DNA of 63,381 nucleotides, counting the filler, from Chiloscyllium plagiosum (Eukaryota): NCBI RefSeq assembly GCF_004010195.1. It is 4 parts of one record of this genome, joined end to end, with 100 filler letters (N's around TTAATTAATTAA, not from the genome) between each part and the next. Parts side by side here need not be neighbours in the genome. Positions count along the whole stretch, not along the records: positions 35,396 to 57,287 come from NC_057716.1; 3 more parts are not named here. One strand, written 5' to 3'. Below, piece after piece: positions 39,101 through 51,578 of this stretch. A program made the position numbers and the translations under genes. The notes beneath the pieces are model-generated. The model made no database searches. It worked only from the letters and a program-made list of their open reading frames with translations, and had not been told where the DNA came from. The number at the start of each line of letters is the position of its first letter. Within the stretch, counting starts at the first letter, position 1.

Positions 39101-39367
39101 TCTACAGGTACGCAAATTGTATCTCCTCGTCCAATGAGATTGAAGGATTATGAAATTTACACCATATGGTTGTAGAAGCAAGTATTATCTATAATACATG
39201 ATTTCAATGTCAAATCAGATAGAGAGAGAAAGAAAGAGAAAAGAATTGCATTATGAGAGAAATAAAAATGTTTTGAGATAGTGCATCATAGAATGTTACC
39301 AGAGCCATTTGGCCTGTCAAACTTGATGCCAACTCTCTGCAAGAGCAGTTTATCTAGTGCCACTATT

Positions 39368-39685
39368 TTTCATTCATTCACAGGTTGTGGGCATCACTGG
39401 CTAGGCCAACATTTATTGTCCATCCCTAATTGCCCAGAGGGCAGTTATGAGTCAACCATTTTGCTGTGGTTCTGGAGTCACTTGTAGGGCAGACTATTTA
39501 GGTTCTTTCCCTAAAGAACATTACTGAACCAGATGGGTTTTTCTGACAATCAAAACAGTTTCATAGTCATCATTAGACTCTATAATTCCACTTTTAAAAT
39601 ATTGAATCCAAACTACACCATTTGCTATGGGAGGGTTCAAACCCTGGTCTCCAGAGTTTCTCGATGAATAATCCAGTGAAATGCC
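39368..39685 (-). mobile_element. Deu-type (SacSINE1-like) tRNA SINE
   Basis: ttcattcacagg...tttattgtccatccctaattgccc...ccctaaagaacattactgaaccagatggg..., with a reverse-complement B box gggtttgaaccc. Confidence 0.6.
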
Positions 39686-39849
39686 ATTTGGTCATAAACC
39701 CCAAGCTAATCCACTTAGCCCTGCAACATTTTCTCTTCAGATGACTAACCAATTCCCTTTCAAAAGCCATGATTGGATCTGCCTCAGGCACCGTGTTCCA
39801 GATCCTAACCTGCATCAAAACATTTCGGTCCTGGCACCTTTGGTTGTTT

Positions 39850-42020
39850 AGGTGAAAGTGAGGACTGGAGATTAGAGTCAAGATTAGAGTGGTGCTGGAA
39901 AAACACAGCAGGTCACGCAGCATCCGAGGAGCAGGAAAATCGACGTTTCGGGCAGGACCCCTTCATCAGGAATGAAGCTGGAAACCTCAGGGGTGGAGAG
40001 ATAAATGTCACCTCTGAAGCCAGACGCTAACTCGAAGATACCTCCTCCTACCGCCCCCTCGACCATGACCCCACCCCCCATTATCTCCCAGACCATACAG
40101 AACCTCATCACCTCAAAAGATCTCCCACCCACAGCTTCCAACCTCATAGTCCGGGAACCCCGCATCACCCGGTTCTACCTCCTTCCCAAGATCCACAAGC
40201 CTGACCGCCCTGGCCGACCCATTGTCTCAGCATGCTCCTGCCCCACTGAACTCATCTCTACCTACCTCGACACTGTCCTATCCCCCCACATACATTCGAG
40301 ACACCACCCACGCTCTCCACCTCCTCCAAAACATCTGTTTCCCCAGCCCTTAACGCCTCATCTTCACCATGGATATCCAATCCCTCTACACCTCCATCCG
40401 CCATGACTAGGGCCTCCAAGCCCTCCGTTTCTTCCTCCCCAGACGTCCCCAACAGTATCCTTCCACTGACACTCTCAATCGTTTGGCAGAACTGGCCCTC
40501 ACCCTTAACAATTTCTCCTTCGAATCCTCCCACTTCCTCCAGACCAAAGGTGTAGCCATGGGCACCCATATGGGCCCCAGCGATGCCTGTCTCTTTGTTG
40601 GCAACATAGAACAGTCCATCTTCCGTAGTTACACCAGCACCACTTCCTACTTCTTCCTCCGCCACCTCGTGCTCCCGCGAGGAGGTTGAGCAATTCATCA
40701 ACTTCACCAACACATTCCACCCTGACCTTAAATTCACTTGGACCATCTCTGACACCTCCCTTCCCTTCCTGGACCTCCCCATCTCCATTAATGATGACCG
40801 ACTTGATACAGACATTTTTTACAAACCCACCGACTCCCACAGCTACCTGGATTACACCTCTTCCCACCCTATCTCCTGCAAAAATGCAATTACGTATTCC
40901 CAATTCTTCCAACTCCACCGTATCTGCTCCCAGGAAGACCAGTTCCACCACAGAACACACCAGATGGCCTCCTTCTTTAGAGACCGGAATTTCCCTTCCC
41001 TAATGGTTAAAGATGCCTTCCAACGCATCTGGTCCACATCCTGCCCTTCCACCCTCAAACCCCACCCCTCCAACTGTAACAAGGACAGAACCCCCCTGGT
41101 GCTCACCTTCTACCCTACCAACCTTCACATAAACCAAATCATCCGTCGACATTTCTGCCACCTCCAAACGGACCCCACCACCAGGGATATATTTCCCTCC
41201 CCACCCCTTTCCGCCTTCTGCAAAGACCATTCCCTCCGTGACTACCTGGTCAGGTCCACGCCCGCCAACAACCCACCCTCCTGTCCTGGCACCTTCCCCT
41301 GCCAGCACAGGAACTGCAAAACCTGCGCCCACACCTCCTCCCTCACCTCCATCCAAAGCCCTAAAGGAGCCTTCTACATCCATCAAAGTTTTACCTGCAC
41401 ATCCACCAATATTATTTATTGTATCCATTGCTCCCGATGCAGTCTCCTCTACATTGTGGAGACTGGAACCCTCCTAGCAGAGCGCTTTAGGGAACATCTC
41501 CGGGACACCCGCACCAATCAACCACACCACCCCATGGCCCAACATTTCAACTCCCCCTCCCACTCTGCTGAGGACATGGAGGTCCTGGGCCTCCTTCACC
41601 GCCGCTCCCTCATCACCAGACGCCTGGAGGAAGAACGCCTCATCTTCCGCCTCGGAACACTTCAACCCCAGGGCATCAATGTGGATTTCACCAGTTTCCT
41701 CATTTCCCCTTCCCAACCTCACACGAGCTCCAACTTTCCAGCTCAGTACTGCCCTCATGACCTGTCCTACCTATCTATCTTCCTTTCTACCTAACCACTC
41801 CACCCTCCTCTCTGACCTATCACCTTCATCCCCACCCCCATCCACCTATTGTACTCTATGCTACTTTCTCTCCACCCCCACCCTCCTCTCATTTATCTCT
41901 CCACTCTGCAAGTACCCTGCCTCTATTCCTGATGAAGGGCTTTTGCCCGAAACGTTGATTTTCCTGCTCCTAGGATGCTGCCTGACCTGCTGTGCTTTTC
42001 CAGCACCACTCTAATCTGGA
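39850..42020 (+). mobile_element. Neptune-type PLE, longest copy (RT + CxxC linker + GIY-YIG), inverted 5' pseudo-LTR
   Basis: [75 protein letters not shown]. 39850-40005 is the inverse of the 3' pseudo-LTR. Confidence 0.95.
41924..41960 (+). ncRNA. Minimal hammerhead ribozyme motif
   Basis: CTGATGA-a-GGGC-tttt-GCCC-GAAA-C-GTT. Confidence 0.72.
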
Positions 42021-42456
42021 CATGCTATCAGAGCCAGGGGATTTATCCTCCTTTAGCCCTATTAGTTCACCTAATACTATTTCTCTAGGGGTGGTGATGA
42101 CACTTAATTCCTCTGCTATATCCTTTGGTATTAATGGGATGATCAAAGTATCTTCTAGCCTAAAGACAATGCAAAATTGTTATCTAACTTCTCTGCCATT
42201 TATTTGTTCCTAAACCATCTCTCCAGATTCATTTTCAAAATGGTTTATGTTCACTTTCACCTCTCGCTTCCTTTCTATATATTTAAGGAAGCTCTTATTG
42301 TCAGTTTTTATATTCCTCCAGAGTTTGCCCTCGTAGTTTATCTTCTCTCTCTTTATTATCTTTTCAGTCCTCCTTTTCTGGATTCTGAATTTATTTTACT
42401 CTTCAGGGCTATCACTGTCTATGACCACCTTATATGCATTTTCTTTCAACTTACTA

Positions 42457-44500
42457 CATAGAAAATAGAACACAGAAAGGTACAGCACAGACCAGGCCCT
42501 TTGGCCTACAATGTTGTGCCGAGATTTAATCTTAATGTAAAATATAGTAACTCAACCGACATACCTCTCAACTCACTGCTATCCATGTGCACGTCCAGCA
42601 GTCGCTTAAATGTCCCCAATGACTCTGCTTCCACCACCACCGCTGGCTACGCATTTCATGCATTCACAACTCTCTGCGTAAAGAACCTACCTCTGATGTC
42701 TCCTTTATACCTTTCTCCTAATATCTTCAAACTATGACTCCTCGTACCAGTCAATCCTGCCCTGGGGAAAAGTCTCTGGCTATTGACTCCATCTATTCCA
42801 CTCATTATTTTGTACACCTCGATCAGGTCTCCAGAGAGTAAAGCCCGAGCTTATTCAACCTTTCTTCATAAGGCAAGCCCTCCAGTCCAGGCAGTATCCT
42901 GGTAAACTTTCTTTGCACCCTCTCCAAAGCCTCTGTATCTTTCCTATAGTAGGGCGACCAGAACTGGACACAATATTCCAAGTGTGGTCTCACCAGGGAA
43001 GTGTAGAGCTGCAGCAAAACCTTGCGGCTCTTAAACTCGATCCCCCTGTTAAGCCAAAACACCATTTGTTTTCTTAACAACCCTATCCACTTGGGTGGCA
43101 ACTTTGAGGGATCTATGTACTTGCACACCCAGATCCCTCTGTTCCTCCACACTGCCAAGAATCCTGTCTTTAATCCTATATTCAGCATTCGAGTTCGACC
43201 TTCCAAAATGCATCACTTTGCATTTATCCAGGTTGAATTCCATCTGCCATTTCTCAGCCCAACTCTGCATCCTGTCTGTCGCGCTGCAGCCTGCAGTAGC
43301 CCTCTATACTACCAACGGCACCTCCAACCTTTGTGTCATCTGCAACTTTACTAACCAATGCCTCAACCTCCTCATCCAAGCCATTTATAAAAACTACAAA
43401 GAGCTGAGGCCCAAGAACAGAGCCCTCCGGGACCCCACTCAACACTGACCTCCAGGCAGAATACTTTCCATCTACAGTCACTCTCTGCCTTCTGTCAGCC
43501 AGCCAATTCTGAATCCAGATAGCCAAATCTCCCTGTATCCCATACTTCCTGACTTTATGAATGAGCCTACTGCTATCAAATGCCTTGCCATATACACACA
43601 TCCACTGCTCGACCATTGTCTACCTGTCTTGTCACCTTCTCAAAGAACTCAATAAGATTTGTGAGGCATGACCTGCCCCTCACAAAGCCATGCTGACTGC
43701 CTTTAATCATACTGTGCTTTGCCAAATAATCATAAATCCTATCCCTCAGAAATCTTTCCAAGGCTTTGCTGACCACAGACGTACGATTGACTGGTCTGTA
43801 ATTGTCAGGGATTTCCCTATTACCCTTCTTGAAAAGAGGAACAACATTCACCACCTTCAAATCCTCCGGTATGACTCCCGTGGAGAGGTGGGGAGGCAAA
43901 TATCCTCGCCAGCGGCTTAGCAACCTCCTTTCTCGCTTCCCGGAGCAGCCTAGGATAAATCTGGTCTGGCCCTGGGGACTTATCAATCTTAATGTTTTCC
44001 AAAATTTCCAGCACATCGACTTCATCAGACTTGATATGGTCAAGACTATATTCCCGCTCCTCTAAGTTTTCATTTACAACAAGTTCCTTTCCTTGGCGAA
44101 ACTGAAGCAAAAAACGCATTTAGGGCTTCCCCTATCTGCTCAGACTCCATGCACAAGTTCCCTCCGCTATCCCTGACCGGCCCTACCTTCTCCCTGATCA
44201 TTCTCTTATTCCTCACGTATGAGTAAAATGTCTTTGGGTTCTACCTAATCCTTCTTGCCAAGCCTTTTTCATGCCCCCTCCTGGCTCTCTTCAGTCCATT
44301 TCTGAGCTCCTTTTTAGCAAGCGTGTAATCCTCGAAAGCTGTGCTAGATTCTTGCTTCCTTACGTAAGCTGCCTTCTTCCTTTTGGCAAGAAGCTCCTCT
44401 GTTCTCATCATCCAAGGTTCCTTAATCTTACCCCTTCTTACCTTGCTTACCTGTCTGGAGAAACAAATTTGTGCATCACTCGCAACAACTGCTCCTTAAA
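42457..44500 (-). mobile_element. CR1 LINE ORF2 3' 2 kb, frameshifted
   Basis: KSPGPDQIYPRLL, VVPLFKKG, SQHGFVRGRSCLTNLIEFF, GVPEGSVLGP, VADDTK, LVRPHLEYC. Confidence 0.93.
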
Positions 44501-44562
44501 TGCTCTCTTTAACTTCCCTAGTCAGCCATGGTTGGTTTACCCCACTCCTCCTCCTCATTGTG

Positions 44563-44594
<32 letters not shown>

Positions 44595-45075
44595 AGTCAT
44601 GAATTACTACCATGCACGTTTGAAACTCCTAGGTTACTGCCACTCCTGATAACCTACCTTCCCAGTCAACTTTAGTTAACTCTATCCTCACTTCCGAGTA
44701 ACTCCCTTTATTTAAGTTAAACACAGTTGTTTTGCACTCAAGTTTCTTACTCTCAAACTGAATATTAAATTCTATCATGCTGCAGTCACTACTTCCAAGG
44801 GGATCTTTTATTCTGAGATAATTTATTAAATCTGTCTCATTACCCATTACCAGGTCCAGGATAGCCTGTTCCCTGGTTGGCTGTATGACATATTGCTCTA
44901 AGAAACTATCCATAATGCACTATATGAATCTGTTGTCATAGCTACCCTTTCCAATTTGATTAACCTTATCAACATGAAGATTAAAGTCACCCATGATTGT
45001 TGGTCTTTTTTTTACATGCTCCTATTATTTGATGATTTATAGCCTTTCCCACAGAATGAGGACTATTTGCAGCCT
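44500..45075 (-). mobile_element. Older CR1 endonuclease-region fragment containing a (TA)n tract
   Basis: MGDFNL, PTREQAILDLV, LGSSDC. (TA)n at ~44563-44588. Confidence 0.78.
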
Positions 45076-45099
45076 GTTCACTATTCCTCCCACTGTCTT

Positions 45100-45770
45100 C
45101 TTTCCCTTGCTGTCAAGAATATGGCATCACTTTTCACCTTTACTCAGGTGACATACAGCAAGTTCCTCACCACCACCTCTTTTGACTCTTTTAACTGTCT
45201 CCAGGTTATCAGAAGGCTTGACCAGCTTCCAACACAATTCCCCCCCCAATTAAATATTGGAAAACCAAGCCACTCTCTTTGGTCCCCATTACAAAATTAA
45301 ATTACTGGCCATCTACTCCATCCTGCCAAAGGTCTGAAGCTAAGACAATCTCTTTATAAACTTGTTCTCATTTATGGTCCTGAGATGGATCTCTGACCTC
45401 ATATACATGTCATCACTAATGCTGCCTCCTTTTACCTCCATATCCCTGCCTCACCTCCCTTGCCACTGGTGCCTTCATCCAAGCCTTCACCTTTTCTAGT
45501 CTATACAAATGTACACCTACTAGCCTCCTACATCCTCCCCTCTGTAACCCGATCGTCCAGATTTCTGCTGTCTGCATTCTTGCTCAAACCAAGTGCCATT
45601 TACCTGTTACGCCTTTGCTTGCTGACCTGCATATTGGCCCCCATTCCAAGAAAAGCTAAATTTTAAAATTCTTATGCTTGTTTTCAATTCGCTACATGGT
45701 CTCGCGCCACTTAATCCTTGCAATTTCTTGTAGTCCTGTAAGTCCTTTCTGCTTGCTACTTTCCTGAAGC
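45100..45770 (+). mobile_element. L2 LINE 3' fragment, degenerate
   Basis: Remnants of LNIGKT, LLADLHW and FKILMLVFNSLHGLAP. Confidence 0.65.
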
Positions 45771-47085
45771 TTCATTGTAAATCAGGGCTATGGAGATGAA
45801 CTGTGAGAAGTGGAAGGAGCAGCTTTAACTTAGAACTGATCATTTCTCTCTGGGTGATTATGAACAGTTTCATGTCTTGTTGATCAGTAGTCTCCCAATC
45901 CATACCCACCTGGCATCACTGGAAACAGCTCACACATGAGGACCCTGCCCCACTGGTTTTACCAAGATGGAGAGAAATTGTGTCCCAGCCCAGTATCATA
46001 AACATATTCAATCTTTATGCATTGAGATACATTAATATGTTAAAGGTAATATATAAATACAAGTTGTTGTTATTGAAGTCAAGCAATATAATCTCAATTA
46101 CTCAAAGCAAATAGCAGAGTGCTACAGTTTAGACAGAAACATCTACGTTTTGCCAATATCCGTCCTTGTCTGAACTTACTCTTGCCAATTGCATATAAAT
46201 TAGGGCAGATGTTTTTAACCACACTGTTATTTTGACAATAATTTTGGACAATGTTTTGTATTTAAAAGCAGCTTTGTTTTCCCGTTTACCTGTGCATGCA
46301 TCTCTGTTACAATTAAAATCCTATGGAAAATCTGACCAACAATATTGGCAGCAACCCAAAGGGTTGGAGGTCCTTTGCAATGTTTGTTGGAGTAGGTTCG
46401 TTTGGTGTCACTTATCATTTTGGTCTTGTGAATATCCCCTTTGGCAAAACATTATTGTCTCATTCACCTGCCCAGGAACCTGAACAAGCGACTGGAGGAC
46501 CTTAACATTAGCTAGTTAATAGATCTTCATGATGTCATTCAGTGATCTTACAAAGCTGATAACAACCCTCTTTTTAAAATCCTTAATTGTTTCTTATGAG
46601 TCTGTGATCCCTGTTGCTATTCATCGTTTAAGCTGATAAATTTTAAATTGCTTTTGAATTGTTATCTTAACACTTGCTATATTTCCTGCAGTGTTTTCAG
46701 CAAATAAATTCTGATTTTTTTTGGCAAAGTTTCCATAATGTAAATTGTGCTATGAGTGATTGGCTGAACAGCACTCAGCGCAAATAATATTGGGCCACAT
46801 TGTTAGTCAATCAGCTACTGTCTGTTCAATACAAATATGTATCTGATCAGAGAAGAATACTAATCCATAAAACCATATGACAGAGTTATTTTATAGAATT
46901 CCTGACCTAAGCATGATATGAAATGCAAATTCCTGATTGCAAGATAAAATGTTCTCAGATTAGCAATGTTCTAATGCTCAGCATTCTATTTATATAATAT
47001 TCAGTAATAAATACCAAAGTTTGGGAGAAGATTTGTAGCTCGGGTGCTCGTTGTTGTGGTTCTGTTCGCCGAGCTGGGAATTTGT

Positions 47086-47130
47086 GTTGCAGACATTTCG
47101 TCCCCTGTCTAGGTGACATCCTCAGTGCTT
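47086..47130 (-). ncRNA. Minimal hammerhead ribozyme motif (Poseidon-type PLE)
   Basis: gca-CTGAGGA-t-GTCacc..agggGAC-GAAA-T-GTC-tgc. Stem I gca/tgc and stem II can form. Confidence 0.68.
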
Positions 47131-47152
47131 GGGAGCCTCCTGTGAAGCACTT

Positions 47153-47410
47153 TTAGATTAGATTAGATTACTTACAGTGTGGAAACAGGCCCTTCGGCCC
47201 AACAAGTCTACACCGACCCGCCGAAGCGCAACCCACCCATTCCCCTACATTTACCCCTTTAATCTAATACTACGGGCAATTTAGCATGGCCAATTCACCT
47301 GACCCGCACATCTTTGTGACTGTGGGAGGAAACCGGAGCACCCAGAGGAAACCCACGCAGACACGGGGAGAATGTGCAAACTCCACACAGTCAGTCGCCT
47401 GAGTCGGGAA
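47153..47410 (-). mobile_element. Young HE1-type SINE, 5'-truncated
   Basis: (TAGAT)n tail, acagtgtggaaacaggcccttcggccc, CpG-rich V-domain. Confidence 0.92.
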
Positions 47411-47999
47411 CTTCTGTGATGTTTCCTCTGGCATTTGTAGTGGTTTGAATCTGCCGCTTCCGGTTGTCAGTTCCAGCTGTCTGCTGCAGTAGTCGGTATA
47501 TTGGGTCCAGGTCGATGTGTTTATTGATTGAATCTGTGGATGAGTGCCATGCCTCTAGGAATTCCCTGGCTGTTCTCTGTTTGGCATGTCCTATAATAGT
47601 AGTGTTGTCCCAGTCAAACTCATGTTGCTTGTCATCTGAGTGTGTGGCTACTAAGGATTCCAGTAGTTTTATAGAAAGCTTCTTTTACCTTTAGTTCCAT
47701 TGTAGGCATAATAGTTCTTGGTTAAATAGTTACGCATGTGTGAGGAATTGCAACAATTTTGTTGCATCCAATTTAATTTAAGTCCTTCAGATTTTCTCTG
47801 CGAAGGTGTTACATATTTCACAACACAAATTTAATCTGAGTAAAGGTCACCTAACCTGAAACATTAACTCTGATTTCTCTCTGCAGATGCTGCCAGACCT
47901 CTTGAAGATTTCCATCAATTTCTGTTTTGTTTCTGAATTACAGAACCTGCAGTTCTTTCAGTTTTTAACTGTTTAATCTGTATTTTATTTTGTCCTTTT

Positions 48000-48620
48000 T
48001 AAAATTCATTCATGATGTTTGAATATCATATTTATTGCCCATCCCGAACTGCTTAGAAGACAGTTATAGGTCAACTATATTACATTTCAGTGTAAATATA
48101 AATTCTTAATTTGGACTTTTTTGGTCCTCTTTCTGGTTAAGAAAAGTTTTATATTAGATTTTTCTTGAAATGTTTGATATGGCCAGAACCAAGATGCTTA
48201 AAATAATCTAGAAAAAGTAGCATATCTTGAAAAAAATTATTTTGCTGAGCTGAGTCATGACAAACCAAACTTATCCTGATCTGGAATTCCTGCAGGCTAG
48301 ACCAGGGTAGGAGATATCCTACCCTAAAGGACATTAGTCAACTAGGTGAGTTTTATTATAACAATAAACAATGGTTACATGGTTGCCATCAGTGTGGCTT
48401 TGTATATCAGAATATTTTACTTTATCAAATTCTCCCAGGAGAAAATGAGGACTGCAAATGCTGGAGATCAGAGTCGAGAGAGTGGTGCTGAAAAAGCACA
48501 GTAGGTCAGGCAGCATCCGAGGAGCAGGAGAATCGACGTTTCCGGCAAAGAATTCCAATCATATCCTCAGAACAATAACCTGTGGTTCTGTTGTACTAGC
48601 CCAGTACATTACCACCATGC
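48000..48620 (-). mobile_element. Deu-type SINE remnant interrupted by two insertions
   Basis: Colinear with 39368-39685 but split by 48082-48286 and by a PLE pseudo-LTR fragment at 48437-48550. Confidence 0.55.
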
Positions 48621-49482
48621 CAGTGTATTCTGATTTATCCATTATAGATATTAAAAATGGTTGCTTAGGCCACTGCTTACTGGGTACCACACATTGCATG
48701 ATTAGTCACCATAAAGTATTAAATTCATTGCTCTCATAGGGTGGAAACAAGGAGGGCTACATTAGTCCAAGGACTAGAAAATCAATTAGGGTTTCATTTC
48801 CTTATCATTGTTCAATGACCTGTCTGAAAAATTGAGTTGTGTAGCCATCTGTTAAGGACAGATTCAGACTTATCATTAGATCCCTCCAGGTTAAACTGGT
48901 TGAGGTGGTGCTACCTACACTCATGGAGAAAGAGTATTCGATGATCATGAAGGATGATTGGTATGTGTGAAACTGCTCCTCAGCAGGATTCACTCTGGAT
49001 GCAATAATAAAGGGAAAAGCAACAAAAAAAATCATCAATATCATACCAAATGTCTTGCAGGGAGTCGGTCAATTTCAGTTGGACTCTGATTTCTCTTTTA
49101 CTGCTGTCATTTTCAATGTTTTACTATGTTGTTGGTGAAGATGTTCACTCAATATAAATGTTTTCTAAATATTTTTGCATAGAGCTTTTTTTCCAGTGAA
49201 ATTCTCAAAATGATGCTGTGTAAGTGACTTATTTTAATGAAACATTGGTCACATCTTTGTTTGTTGTTTAAGCTGTTCTATAATCTTTATATATTGAACT
49301 GCAATAGTGAAGGGTACATGTATTTTTAAGTTTGAAATTTTGTTTAAACCCCAAAGCAACTCATTGGCAACCATCATGGTGCCTTGTTTTTTTTTTATCA
49401 TAAGTAACACAGTTAATAGATGTAGAATTACAGTTAGATTATAGTTTAAACAAGTGATAATACATCAACATCATGCAAATTC

Positions 49483-49708
49483 TAAAATGAACAAAGTTAA
49501 AAATCACACAACACCAGGTTATAGTGCAGCAGGTTTATTTGGAAGCTCTAACTTTTGGAGCACCACTCCTTCATCAGGTGGTGAAGGAACAGCCCTCTGA
49601 AAGCTAGTGTTTCCAAATAAACCTGTTGGACTATAACCTGGTGTTGTGTGATTTTTAACTTTGTACACCCCAGTCCAACACTGCACTTCCAAATCATAAA
49701 ATGAACAA
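49483..49708. mobile_element. Fold-back hammerhead-bearing non-autonomous PLE with 12-bp TSD
   Basis: Inverted arms of ~70 bp. taaaatgaacaa is repeated at 49483-49494 and 49697-49708. Confidence 0.8.
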
Positions 49709-50054
49709 TCAACACTTTACTGTAAGTACAAATTCTTAAATTGGATTTTTTTATACTTTCTGTTTAAGAAAAATTTCATATTAGATTTTCCTTGAAATTC
49801 ATGAAGTCGCCAGAACTAAGATGCTTAACATAACCTAGAAGAACTAGCAAATCTTGAAAAAGGTTATTCTGCTGAGTTGGGTCATGACAAAACAAGCTTA
49901 TGCAGGTCAGAAGTTTGGACAGAAAGGAAACAACAGCAAAGAATGGATGAAATATGAGGAAAATAAATTCAGAAATATAAATACAAGTAAGAATTTCTGT
50001 AGATTTTTACAAAAGGAAAGATAAAACACAGTGAGCATTGGTCCCATAGAAAGT

Positions 50055-50575
50055 CCTATCCACCATCTTCAAGGCACAGGTCAGGAATGTGATGGATTAC
50101 TCCCTACTTGCCTGAATGAGTGCAGTCCCAACAACATTCAAGAAGCTTGACACCATCCAGAGCAAAGCAGCAAACTTGATTGGCGTCACATCCACAAGTA
50201 TCCATTCCCACCACAACCAATGCTCAGTAGCAGCAGTGTGTACTGTCTGCAAGGTGCACTGCAGAAATTCACCCAAGATCCTCCGACAACACTTTTCAAA
50301 CCCAAGATCACTTCCATCCAGAAGGACAAGTGCAGCAGATACCACCAACTTCAAGTTCTCTTCCAAGTCACTCACCACCCTGATTTGAAAATATATCACT
50401 GTTTCTTCACTGTCGCTGGGTGAAAATCCTGGAATTCCATCTCTAATGCATTGTGGGTCAACACACAGCAGGTGGACTGTAGGGGCACAGAAAGGCAGCT
50501 CACCACCACCTTCACAAAGGCAATTAGGGATGGGCAATAAATGCTGGCAAGCCAGTAATTCCCACATCCCAGGAA
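50055..50575 (+). mobile_element. CR1/Jockey-group non-LTR retrotransposon 3' end
   Basis: TIFKAQVRNVMDYSLLA*MSA...KLDTIQSKAA. The 3' tail gggcaataaatgctgg is shared with the Deu-type SINEs. Confidence 0.75.
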
Positions 50576-50949
50576 ATTAATACATTTTTAAAAAAGTGAT
50601 TCTGGATAAGTATAAAGGAGTATATGGTAAGTGGAAATGGTTGACACAGCGGTTGGTTGTGGTGCAAGTGCTAGAAGATGTGAGGTGTTCTGACGCAGTG
50701 AGTAGGCAGTGCAGAGAGCATGCAGGGTTAGCCATTTGGGAAGTTGGCTGGGTGTGCTTTGACAAATGCACTTTTTCTGCAGTGCATTGCACCTAGTTGA
50801 CCCAGGCTTAAGTAGTGACCCATGGAAAGTTCTTCTATTATCTTCACTGAGAGAAAATGTTGCAGCCAACAGTGAGAAAGGCAGAGCATGTGTCTCGGTA
50901 CAGTAGCAGATGTAGAATGAGTGTGAAGTGGCAGAGAGGAGTGTGGCAC

Positions 50950-51165
50950 TTATCTTGACACAACTGAGAAGGTCCTTGACCTTCATACAACACTGAGAGC
51001 CATTTCTTCACACCGTGGATATGGCACTGACCTGGGTGGTGAAATTGGACCCAGCTGCCAGGGTTAAGTGGTGTGGCCTCCTCGAGTCCTCCAATGGCCA
51101 TCCTTTCGACTGGGACAGCCAGGTCTCTGAAGGAAGATCACGGTGCTGTCTTCCCTTCTTGAATA
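50950..51165 (-). pseudogene. Harbinger Myb/SANT-like ORF relic
   Basis: EGKTAP*SSFRDLAV... then RRPHHLTLAAGSNFTTQVSAISTV*RNGSQCCMKVKDLLSCVK, resembling Harbinger Myb helices (W.EVA..VSA...R...QC.KK..DL). Confidence 0.55.
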
Positions 51166-51294
51166 TGTTCAGATTTGTCTGTCAACAAGCAGGGCAGCTT
51201 CAGAATGCCAGTGTACTGCAGCATTTTAAAGATAGCGTGGTTGCAAGGGATGCCAGTTCTTCAGCTGATCTCTCCCCTCCTCTCATGCCGGTAG

Positions 51295-51578
51295 GACTGT
51301 CTGTTCTTTCCAGTCTGGCAGTTATATGCACCCATTGTTCTGCCATTCCCACATTCCGTTCACTTAATCTGAACTATCAACATCTTTTCTCCACTGGCAC
51401 CCTGCATCCAACCACCCCCCCAGTCCCCCCCACCCCCCCCCCGCCATAGCATAAATGCAGGCCCCTCCACACTTAACTGCAGCTCTGATGAAGAGTCATC
51501 CAGACTTGAAACATTACTTGCTCTCTCTCCATGGATGCTGTCTGACCCACTGTGATCTCCAGTGTTTATTGTTTTCCA
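51295..51578 (+). mobile_element. Solo PLE pseudo-LTR with hammerhead motif
   Basis: Similar to 23165-23430. ctgatgaagagtcatccagacttgaaacatt at ~51485-51514. Confidence 0.78.

Larger units (their letters stand above)
47016..47658 (-). mobile_element. Penelope/Poseidon-type PLE 3' end, interrupted by an HE1 SINE
   Basis: Minus strand reads SLVATHSDDKQHEFDWDNTTIIGHAKQRTAREFLEAWHSSTDSINKHIDLDPIY. Confidence 0.88.

Noticed and set aside
46475..46512. RNLNKRLEDL resembling MYO1B KQRLEDL
   Set aside because: It is followed by NIS-stop instead of ATLIQK and has no IQ motif; a chance match.
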